Positions 53,180 to 64,000 of a DNA stretch of 64,000 bases are shown here, piece by piece (the first letter of the stretch is position 1; the number at the start of each line of letters is the position of its first letter). A program made the position numbers and the translations under genes. The notes beneath the pieces were generated by a model, which ran no database searches, was not told the origin of the DNA, and saw only the letters and a program-made list of their open reading frames with translations. Origin of the DNA: Lama guanicoe (Eukaryota); NCBI GenBank assembly GCA_013239625.1, contig MU053444.1, forward strand, positions 141,822 to 205,821, given 5' to 3'.

Positions 53180-53296
53180 ATTTTGGAACTAAAACATTTC
53201 TTCAGTCCGATTAACCATGACTTGTTTGGGCCTTGCTGTCCTGTCTCATCAGGGTGAAATATGATTCGTGTAGAACTGGACATAGCAGACTTTTTT

Positions 53297-53326
53297 NNNN
53301 NNNNNNNNNNNNNNNNNNNNNNNNNN
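53297..53326. other. Assembly gap (30 N)
   Basis: Run of n after a T tract. Confidence 1.
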
Positions 53327-53479
53327 CTGCAAACCTTCTCTGGTGCAGCTGCACAGCTCTGCTGTTCAGACGCCAGAGCAGCCGGACAGTCCACACACCC
53401 ACTGAGCTTTATTAACAGCGGTGGCTGGGGCTGGATTGGGTGTATGAAATGCAGTTTGTCCCCACAGCCTCCTCACTAT

Positions 53480-54430
53480 TGATGCCTGCACCTGAGCGTG
53501 CATTTGCGACAACGGGTGAACCTACACTTCATCATCACCCAGAGCCCCTAGTTGACACTAGGATTTACACTTGGCGGTGTGCACTCTGTGGGTTTGGACA
53601 GATGTACAATTACATGGATCCACCGTCACAGCATCATACAGAGTAGTCTGTCTTATTGACCCTAAATATGCTCCCTGCTGCACCTCATTCATTACTCCTT
53701 CCCCTCTAGCCTCTGACAGCCACTGATCTTTTAGTCTCTGTGGTTTTGCCTTTCCCAGAACACCATACAGTTGGAATCAGGCAGTTGCAGAAACTTCCCA
53801 GATTGGCTTCTTTCACTTAATAATGTGAATTTAAGTTTCTTCCATGTCTTTCCATGCCTTGATAACTCATTTCATTTTAACACCAAATAATAGTCCATTT
53901 TCTGCCTGGAACACAGTTTATTTATCCATTCACCTACTGAAGAACTGCTTAGTTGCTTCTGAGTTCTGGTGATATGAATAAAGCTGCTATTAACATCTGT
54001 ATGCAGATTTGTGTGTGGACATAAGTTTCCATTTTGTCGAGTAAACACCAAGGAGCACAGTTGTCGGATCATATGGTAGGAGTACATTTAGTTTTGTAAA
54101 AAATTGCCAGACCATCTTCCAAAGTATCTGGGCCATTTTACATTCCCACCAACAATGCATGAGGATTCCTGTCGCTCCACATCCTCACCAGCATTCGGTG
54201 CTGTCAGTGTTCGGCGTTTTGGCAGTTCTGACAGGTGTGCAGTGGTACCTCGCTGTTTCAGTCTGTATCCCCAGATGCTGTGGAGCATGTTTCCATAGAG
54301 TTCTTTGGCATCTAGATTCCTTCTATGATGAGGTGTGTGTTCAGGCATTTTGTTCATTTTTTAATCAGGTTATTCATTCTTCTTGTTGAGTTTAAAGAAA
54401 TTTGGGTATATTCTGAATATCAGCCCTTTT
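53480..54430 (-). mobile_element. L1MB/L1MC-type LINE-1 3' region
   Basis: gtgaacctacac...ctgtgggtttggaca...ttggcttctttcacttaataat...cattcccaccaacaatg. Confidence 0.85.
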
Positions 54431-56654
54431 TCATTGTGTCCCTGCCCTTCACCTGCAGCACTGGCATTGTCCTTTGGGTCTCAGTGGAGTGTCAGCACTT
54501 CAAAGAGGTTCCTTGTTTTCCCTCAGCCTAAATACAGTCATTGTATTTTTCTCTTTCATTGACTCATTTTGTTCTTTTTAAATAGCATTTCCCATAATTT
54601 GTAAGTACATTAAAAAAATGGTAATGATTGAACACCGCCTCCCCCACCAGGCTGTGTGCCCTTTGAGAGAAGAGACCCTGTCCTCTCTCACCATGTCTCA
54701 TGACAGCACATGGCAGAAGTCCATGTAAATGTGTGTAACATGGGGTCAAACCTGATGAGCAGCTATGACAACATGTGTTGGCTACCATTTATTGGATAGA
54801 GTTTGTTTCTTGATCTTAATTATTAAATCACATGAATAAAACGTGTTTCTTTTGAAAAATAAAACAACAAAACACACCTCCATGTGATTGGTACTTTCTA
54901 CTTAGCCTTCTGACCCAGGAGGGGACGTTCACCATCATTTTGTGGAGGTGGTTGGGGAGACAAAGTAGGAGAGTGAGATCAAATAAAGTAAAAATGATAA
55001 CTATCAGCTGGCTTTATTTTCACTAAGATATAAAAGTTACTTTAAACCCTATCTCAACTGTTGTTCTGTTGTTTTAAACACTTCTCATAGAATTAAATGG
55101 AAGCCCACTAAACCCTGAAAAGGAAATTGTGTTCTCAGGTCCTGAAAAGTGTTTATGTCTATTTCTTGAGATGCACATTTTCCCTACTGGTTACAAAAAG
55201 TCGAGGCGGGAACACATCCGTGCACTGTGTGTGTCTGCCGGCTTCACAGGCTGCTCACACAGTCATTTTCACTTTCTTGTGTTGCAATGTATGAAAGTTT
55301 TCCATCAGACCGTTTGCTCAGCCCTTTCCTGAATGAGAGATTGAATTTTCCACAGGAAATCTTATGAAAGAGAGTGACAAGGCACATGGGTTTCCCAAAA
55401 AGCGATAGTTGATGTAATAAACTCTCACATTGGTGAACTTTTTGAAAACAAACAGGTGGAAAATTTTATCACTAGGTCATATGCCACAAATATGTCTTAA
55501 GAATAAGAAGATTCAGATTTTAAAGAAGAAGCAGTTTGAATCAAGTAGAAATTATAATTTCTGCACTATTTGATGTTAGAATTTATACTCAGTCTTATCA
55601 TAATTGCCTGTGGTAGGAACTGGATCATTATTTATTTTTAAAAAAATCAACTAGGTGCTACTTGCCCCATTTTTGATGCGGCAGTGCTGATGTTAGTTAA
55701 GTTGGGCCATTTAGAATTCTTGTCTAGGTTTTCAGGACATTGATTTCAGACTCTTTTTCTTTTTTAGAATCTCTTCTTTTGTGTCGGTCGTTGGTCTCTT
55801 AACAAAGTGGAAATACTGCACGGATCTGACTTTCCCTTTTTTCCTGTCTTTGTGGGAAAAGATTTCTGTAAGACAGACTACTAAGACATTAAGGATTTTG
55901 TGTGGGGTAAATTTGGTCAGCTCTAAGGATTTCAATTAATACATATTAATACTTGCTATTCAGCTAATGATAGTAAAATTATAAACTAACTTATGTATAC
56001 ATCAATAAGTATAGTACAATAAGCCCATCACCCAGATTAAGGAATTCACAAACATTTCCATATTTCCTTTATTCAGACCTTTGTTCTTTTCCTTGTCCTT
56101 TGTTGAAGTATTTGACAGCAAATCCAAGAAAACATGTCATTTTACCCTATGTACTCAAGTAGGCATGTCTGCAAAACGAGGGCCTTTTCATTGATCACGT
56201 TTTTCCATTTGACCCATGTGCTCGTTAAGTACCAGCTCTATCAGGCATCTCACTAGGCATTAGGGATCCTTGGGGCAATGAGACAGTCCTGGCTCCCAAG
56301 GAAGTTAAGGGCTGATGGAAGAAACCAACACAGGAGCTTGGGTGCCTCACCTAAGGTCCCTGCAGGATGACACCAATTGGAAAAACTTTGTGCACTGTAC
56401 AGTGGGATTTACAGAAGGGACTTGTCAGACTTGTAGGGCAGGCAGTGAGAGAGGAGGTCAGCAGGGCTAAAATAGGAGGAATTGTTTGATCAGAATCTGA
56501 AATTCTTTCCGCCAACCTTCCTACCAAGCCTCCAGGGCCCATCACACACAACCCTGTGCTGTAAGTGTTTTTGATTCCTGTTACCACATCTCCTTCAGGA
56601 AGGATTATAAGGTGGAAAATATTTAAAATCAGTAATTGCTGCCAGAAGGGACAT

Positions 56655-56885
56655 AGAACAAGAAACATGGAAACAACACAAATGTCCATCAGCACATGAC
56701 TGGATAAAGACGAGGTGATACATATCTACAATGGAATACTACTAAGCCATAAAAGATGCCATTTGTAGCAACATGGATGGACCTGAAGACTGTCATTCTA
56801 AGTAAAGTGGGGTGGAAAGAGAAAGAATAATGCCATATGACTTCACTTATGAAGAATCTAAATTTAATAACAATAATAATAAGAC
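56655..56885 (+). mobile_element. LINE-1 3' fragment
   Basis: aaatgtccatc...caatggaatactact...agcaacatggatggacctg...attctaagt. Confidence 0.85.
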
Positions 56886-57379
56886 AGCCAAATAACTAAT
56901 TATTATTTTGATTTCTGGAATATGTGTAAGCACATCTGACTATCCTTTGTGATTGGATTACCATATTCTGTTTATTATTCTTTTGTAGCTGGCTTTATTC
57001 CTCTGGTAACTATGTAAGTTTAAAAATCTAAAGCTCTAATCTGTTCTTAGAAACAATAATTAGCACATATATGTAAACTAAAAAATGCAGTATACTCTAT
57101 ACATGTATTTACATGCAATATGTGTATGTGGAGTTGAAGTGTAATAATTCTACCTAATAATACTGAAAAAGGAAAAAAATAAAATAATTTATTAAAAAAA
57201 ATCACCCCTCTTTAAATATTAAAACGTTCAGTTCTGAGATTCTGTGAAACACAACATGGAAGTAGGTTTTTAAGTTTTTCTCCTTGCGCCTCAGTGAGCA
57301 GCCTCGGCTGCAGAGCTTGGCCGCCACAGGCACCCGGGACTTGCCGGATTGCTCCTCACTTGTTGGGAGGAAGGTCAGC

Positions 57380-57710
57380 TGCTTCAGGAATATTTATGCT
57401 CTTAGAAGTTGCTGAAAACCCCACAGGGCTTCTGTTTACATAGAGTGTATCTGTCAATATACCCCATTTTAGAAATTAGAATGGAAAATTTTAATCCTAA
57501 TAACTGACAAGCACACGCTGTCCCAGCAAGTGGTAGTCCTGCCAGCGTGTGTTGCTTCTAGAAAAAATGCACCATACACTCAAGAATGAGGATGAACCCA
57601 CAGATCTCATCTCAGCAATGCTATGAAGAGTTGGGACCCAAAGACCCTAAAACAGTGCAGAAGTCCCCAGATGTCCCAGAACACACAGAGCCATATGACC
57701 AATAATCCAG
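57380..57710. mobile_element. hAT/Charlie-like DNA transposon remnant
   Basis: tttatgctcttagaagttgctgaaaaccccacagggcttctgtttacatagagtgtatctgtcaatat...ttagaaatta resembles the Charlie family as recalled. Confidence 0.5.
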
Positions 57711-59019
57711 TGTCTTGTGGATCATCAGCCTTGGAGACAGCGTCCTGGGTCAGGAGAAGCAAAAGTAGGGATACCAGGCACACAGTCCTATTGACAGCAG
57801 AGCTTTAAATGTGTTGAATTGACTAAAAGCTTGGCAAAGATTTGCATTGAGAATACTACATTTCCTCTCCTGGAGACGTCAGAAGGATAACACTGATTAA
57901 CAGAGGATGATTGTAATGGATTAATTATGATACTGATGATATGGGCTGCTCACACTAACCCTGCACTCAGTGTAGAATAAACCTTTTATGTACACAATTC
58001 ATTAGGTCTGCACACCCCTGCAAGGTGTCATTAAGCACATACAATCATAAAATCAGTGAGTATAAAACAGTCACAATGCTTCCTCTCCAGCATGAGGTAG
58101 CAAAACCAGCAATGATTTTCAATGACAAAAGCCAAAATCGTATATATTTGGGAAAGAAAGCAAATGAAACACTGAAGAACAATAAACCAAAAGAGTAGAT
58201 GAAATGGAAACTTTTATTGAAGAAAGCAATGATTGATTCAATCAAAACAGCAAATGTCCCTGGTATAATTGAACCATCAATCCAAATTTTTGAAATAGTA
58301 GGTTGTGAAATTCCTGTCTCATTTAATATTGGAATTCCTAGTTGGAAAAATTTGATATGCATCACTGGTGCGATGTTAGCTATTTAGGTAAATAGCTTCA
58401 TATTTTTTAAGTTAACAGGAATCATAACACAGGACTCCAGATTTAGGGAGAGAATGCAAACTATCTTACTCCATCCAGTAAGGACAAGTGTCCCTGCGTC
58501 ACCAAAGCAGTGAGAGTTTGCACACAGAAAACACAGTTCTCCAGTTGTGACTAATACGAGACCATGAGCCATGAATTACGAGAACAAACAACAGTTTAAA
58601 TGCCATGGGCAAGTTTTTTTTATCATCTTAAAAACATCACTGTTGCACTAGGTAAGAAAAAGAATTGTTTTACTAACAAATCTAACTGACACAGGGGTTT
58701 TTCCAAGTAAGAAGGTAATTCCAAAAAGTGCAGTAAAATGAGTTAAGATGATCTGTGCAGTGACGGAGCCGATCTTAGATTGACTAGCATCACGATTCCC
58801 GGTTTTACACTTGCTCTCTGCTCGTCACCTCTGACACAAGAATGTATCATATGATTTTTTGTTACTTTAAGAAAAAAAAGATAAATATAACTACAATACG
58901 TGGTATGAAAAGCGGTAATGAAGTTGTCTAACCTAATAATGCAGCCAGTGAAATGTAGCACTTATTCGGGCACTAGAATTTTTTAAATCATGATTTATTT
59001 TATATCCTACTTCTATCCA

Positions 59020-62000
59020 AAAGGAGACACTTAAAGTTTTCTACTTTATTCAACATAACTTGTGGGGGTTGTGATACACTCTGGTATCGCAGTTTTCAGA
59101 GATTTAAAATCGCCTCTGTGGTTGTGGTCAGGAAAGGCATGGCTCCCTCACAGCTGCGACGGAGAAGGAATCCCCGGAGTCAGCCTCCGGGCAGCTTCTG
59201 AACTGCATCTGCTTGCACTTGGCACAGGACACCATCAGCAAGTTTAACTCTGAAAAGGTGTTTTCCCCGGGGCCTAGGAGGTGCTCTAACATTGTGAAGC
59301 CACTTGTTTCCCAGTTAGGTAAGGCTTGGAAAAATAGTTTATTAGAAGTGACTTCCTTTGTATGTGCCTTTTGTACTCAGAGGTCACTAATTAGCATAGA
59401 ATATAAAATACCCCATAATATAAGAATTTAGGTACCCCATTTTTCCATCTACCTATTTGTTTATCATACTTATACTTAGGTTACACTTTCTATGATGTTC
59501 AATTCCGGGCACCAAAAAAGAAAGGTTACAAATTTTTTCTTATAAAAAGCGAGGACTGGGTCTAAGGGTTAAAAAACACTATTGCTAACAATAAAAAACC
59601 AGATAATATTTTTAACATCAATTGCATCAGACCTTCCCGAATTCCTCCCTTAATTTCACTGTTACAACAGTAATGGAATCTCTGTTCTTCCAAGACTCGG
59701 GCCTGATCGCCACCCATGCAGACATCTGTCTGTGGGCCCCTACTTTTCCTCGAGGCCCCCGAACACACCTTAAGGGGTGAACCTTCTTCAGTGTTCCTAC
59801 TGTAGGGGAAACTTGGAATTCCCAGGCACTGTCCAGGAGTCACACCTACCTGCAAAAATCAAAGTCATGTGACTGAAACGGGACAACCCAGGTGGTGTGA
59901 TAGGGTTGAAAGTTCACCAAAAACAGGTTTGGGGGCCTTACCCAATCCCTCTGGCTCCTCACATGATGAAGGACAGGGAGGCCCAACTAGCCACGAGACT
60001 GGGGGCCCTCATTACTCCATGAATAAAGGATTTGTGCTAGTGCCACCTTTAGACAGGGAACCCCAGACCCAGTCTTGGAAGAACCCTGTCACCTCCCCTC
60101 TGAACAAATATTCTCTCAAGACACATAATGAGAGATGGGAGCCCCGGTGAGCTCTGGAATAAGATGCAATCTGAAAGACGTCTGGTAACAAATGGTGGGG
60201 AGCTTGGGGAGCCCCCAGGTCCAGCAGCCCTTCTTGTAACACTGATGCCTACACTTCCATCCACAACAGTTTCTTCAGGACCCTTATGCACACATAACCA
60301 TGACACAAAAATGATTGCTTAGACATATTTTAAGGGAAATAACATTATGAGAATGCCAAATGCATGACAAGTCAGTCAAGACCCCAGAGTATTTACTGGA
60401 TGAGATCTCACGTGTGCTCCACAGTGAGCTTTAAACCCTTAAGACACAGTCATGGAACAGTAGGCATTTTCTTTCTTTCCTCCAAGTTGGCTTTACTGGA
60501 GAACTCCGTAGACAAAGGAAGACTCTAGATCCCACCTCTACTACTCACAGGAAGGGCTCAACACGTGGACTGGGATCAGAGCTGGTGCGACCTGCTCCAA
60601 TGTGCACACTCCCGTGTCCAGCTCGCCGAGGAGCAGAGCTCCCACCACAGGAGCAGAGATCCCCAGGAGCAGAGCTCCCCCCTCGGACACTGCAGAGCCT
60701 GTAAGAATCAGGAGTCTGATGAGTGAGCCTGGGTTGGGCAAGACAGGAATCAAGCACCGCTCCCTCAAGCTCTGCAGGTGATCTCTGTGTCATCTTGAAT
60801 AAATACAGTCAGCATTAAAGATGTTTGACAAGAGGGTAAAAGGTAAGGCCTCCCCAAATCTCCACGCATTCCTTTAGTGGGAGTCCTGGTAGAACACATG
60901 GTGACAAGTGACGCTGGGTATGCATGTGCATGTTTGCCTCAGGGCTACAGGGGAGGCCATGGTGCTGCCTCTGCCCTACCTCCTGCCCTTGTCCCCCAGA
61001 CCTCACAGGGGCTGCTGACTCATTTCTCTGAGTTTCTCTCCTTGGTTGCGCTGCTCTTCCAGCTTTTAAGAGCTCATAAAAACTTCACCAGGAAAATGTT
61101 TAACAAGGAACCCAAGTCAAATGAAATCAACCAAAGAGACACACTGCCTTCATCATTGCTTTATATTTTAAGAAGAAATTCTTGAAGACGACTCCCTGAA
61201 CTGAAGGGGTGGATGGAGGAGAAAAGAAAACAAGACAAGCATTTTTTGGCCCATAAAAAATAACAGGTAACCAGATGGTGTCTAGTCTTCATTGCAACTC
61301 TCTGCCCACCCCAATTTCACATGCCCCTCCCAACTGAACTCATCAGAACTTGACTGAAGGAGACGGCTGTGCAAATTTATTGGAAACCAAATAAATCACT
61401 ACAGAAACAGTCTCCCAAACCCAGCGAGAACACTGTAAGCTGACCAGTGCCAGGATCTGAATACTAAAACATGCAGATCCAAATTCCGACCCCCTCCCTG
61501 GTGAATGTACTTACAGTGGGGATGTCGCCATGCAGTTTGTCTGAATCGAACATATAAAAATGAAAGGGACTTCTGTTTTCAACATCACAGTCCCTCTGAA
61601 ACAACTGGTGGTCAATTAGCGTTTGTCGGGAACAAAAGTCGATTTTCTCCCCTGCACGTGGAGGTGAACACACAGAAGAGACTGATGATCCCCACTGCGA
61701 TTGTAGCTAAGAGTTTCTAAGCAAACTGTTTCCATCACCCTCCTAATGATCAGGGGAGTGTGTTAGCCGCAGGGCTCTGCACACTAATGGCCAGGCAAGG
61801 AGGGCGCTTCCGTACTTTGGGGAGAAAAATGTGGGAACAGCACTCGCTGGAAATAAATTCTAATTAAAACTTTAGGTGCGGTTCCTGCAGTGGAACCCAC
61901 GCCAATAGATGAGGCTCCCTCCGAGCTCTCCAGTCATGTGAGCCAGGCTCATTAATATACCTGTGTGTTTGGTTTAACAAGTGAATCATGTCTGTTTTCT

Positions 62001-63264
62001 GGAAATTACATGAGGGTGGAAAACCTTCCAAATATGTTCATTTATTTGCTGTGGAATTTGTTTAATCCTCTTAAGAGCATTTAGAATGACAACCTTCTTA
62101 AATTAGCCTCTTTGCCCGAGAGACCTTTCCAGGCACATGTGCAGAAACCTAGGACAACCCAGAAGCAAAATCAAAACCGTTTCAGCTGCACGACACCACA
62201 GAATCTGTACAGTTTGAGCACCAAGGATTTTTTCTTCACACACTCTACCTCCTCTGCCCAAATTAATCAGCCTCTGCTGCTCTTGTATAATGAGTATCGT
62301 ATGACTCATCTTCTCTGCCTGTAAAATGGAAATGCTAAATACTTCTACCCAATAAAATGTCATAGAACTAACCCCCAAAATAATATATATTAAAAAAGAA
62401 AACCAGGGCCTTATGCTGTCCAGGGATATGAATCATTTATTTAATGTATCAATTGTTACTAGAATAAACTTTTCAAAATGTAATCCCTCCTCAGAAAACT
62501 TCAACTATTATTCAATAAAAAAATCACAGAAAATTTTTGAAAAGAATTTAAAGGAAAATCATATTTAACTGAGTTATATTCTAGGCACTCTGAATAAATT
62601 CTCTTTAGAGAACTCCTGCTTTTTTTTTAATAAAAGACCTATAAAAATACACCCAGCATTAATCAGTAAATCTTCATTCCTTATTTTAAAATTCTTAAGG
62701 CATGCTATTTTTCTTAAATCAAATGAGGAGGTATTTGCAAGCCAATGGACAACGGAATTACCTAAGAAGACATTATAAAGCAGCACTTTGCCAAGCATTC
62801 TGCCTGAGAGTCACTCGTACATGAGCTCCATCATTTAACACATGAAGAAACTGAGGCTATGGGTGGTCATGTTTTCAGTACTTGGTGGAGCCAGGATCCA
62901 AACCCGGATCTTTGTCTATAGAGCCTGTGCCTTTACCAGATCACACTACATTTCTCACTTTTCAAATGCACTCAGTCCCTGAGGTAACACACATTCCTTG
63001 CGTTTCTAGGAGTTTTAGAAAGTACTGAATTACAAGGACTAAGTAGACATTTGTGTGGGCTAATTTTTTATTTTCTGATTTTTCTGAATCAGTTCAGGCT
63101 GAATTCATATTACTTACGAGGAGAAGTCCTGAGGCAGAGGAGAGAGGGGACGATAAGCCAGACATAAACAATTTCAAGAGATCCACTTCATCAAGGAAGC
63201 AAAGTATTAAATAAACCACTTCAGCAACATGCTTGTCAATAAACCTTGGTGTCCTTGTCTCAGC
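59020..63264 (-). other. Candidate 3' part of a spliced minus-strand transcript (identity unknown)
   Basis: Exon-like segments with AG/GT boundaries at 63264 (or 63128)-63118, 61595-61515, 60771 (or 60698)-60549, and from 59849 onward. Minus-strand AATAAA at 59045-59050, and the minus strand is T-rich here. Confidence 0.35.
62770..62950 (-). mobile_element. MIR SINE
   Basis: catgaagaaactgaggct...gtggagccaggatccaaacccggatc. Confidence 0.7.
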
Positions 63265-64000
63265 CTGAAGGAGGGTAAGCCCTCCAGCCCTTCTGCCTTC
63301 CTGCCACTTACCCTGGATGATCCTGGTTACCTCACCTGTGACACGTGGGTTCTCCTGGGATTCTTTGTAGAGATTAAATGATAAAACTATATGCAAAGGT
63401 GCTACTTCATTGTCAGACAGTAGGCACTAAACAAATAATAAAATTATTTTGTTTCATGAAAATGGGAGACAAGTCTCCCAATTAAACATTCCTGATAGAA
63501 TCCCAACAAGCACTTAATTTATCTGCCAGAAATTGTAAAATAGCACTTCTTTTTTGAAGGCTGTATCCATTTTCCCTACTTTTTACCAATCCTGGTTGTT
63601 ATCCTGAAAATCTATTCCCAAAACTTGGCATCCATCTCCCATATTTAAATCCTTTAAGTTGGAAATTATGATGAAGCTTGGGCACATAAAGATTCACACC
63701 ATAATTCACAGAATAAACAAAGACCACAGGAAGAGGGCCATCTCCAGAACCCATGTGCTCAGGAAAGGCTCCAAACTTCACAAAATCAGATGCATGCTGT
63801 TTGAAGAGAAAGAAATTTGAATGTGTTCGAGGAGGCTGACAGAACACTGGCCGGCTCACAAGATGACTCCTTCGCCCCCTCGTCTGACCTAAGTTATCTA
63901 ACACAGTTATCCGTCGATCTCTAACTAAAACTAGAAAATGGGTAGGGTTTGAAAGTAACATTCTTTCCTACAATATATACATATTGTCAACTAAATTTTG

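Noticed and set aside
30600..53214. Calling an intact TRAPPC9 gene from the two ORF-track hits
   Set aside because: Exon 7 would splice onto an in-frame TGA, exon 6 has a stop and frameshifts, and three donors are lost.
58045..58365. Hydrophobic 106-aa minus-strand ORF resembling a membrane protein
   Set aside because: The hydrophobicity follows from the T-rich strand composition. There is no family motif or exon boundary.
1..64000. CRISPR arrays, operons or prokaryotic defence systems
   Set aside because: The DNA is mammalian and repeat-rich, with no repeat-spacer array or gene-dense ORFs.

Overview
Mammalian (eutherian) genomic DNA, probably a camelid judging from its short tRNA-derived SINEs. 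No intact protein-coding gene is recognisable, and almost all ORFs in the track are chance ORFs or repeat fragments. The main structure is an intron-containing (unprocessed) TRAPPC9/NIBP pseudogene on the + strand. Five decayed exons lie in the correct order over about 45 kb: 7734-7844, a 27-nt microexon at 15863-15889, 23878-23997, 30630-30749 and 52966-53179. They correspond to human exons 3, 5, 6, 7 and 8 (human sequence and numbering recalled from memory) and carry stops, frameshifts and three destroyed splice donors. I could not find exon 4 or exon 9. The introns hold a 6.2-kb non-autonomous ERV1-class provirus (GACT target-site duplication, tRNA-Arg-like PBS, integrase and env remnants), solo LTRs, L1, L2, MIR, SINEs and DNA-transposon fragments. 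Near 56.5 kb the strand composition flips, and a chain of exon-like segments points to a convergent minus-strand transcript. A double-CCAAT promoter-like region and extra non-TRAPPC9 exon-like segments suggest the dead copy may have been reused as a spliced RNA; this is a hypothesis only.
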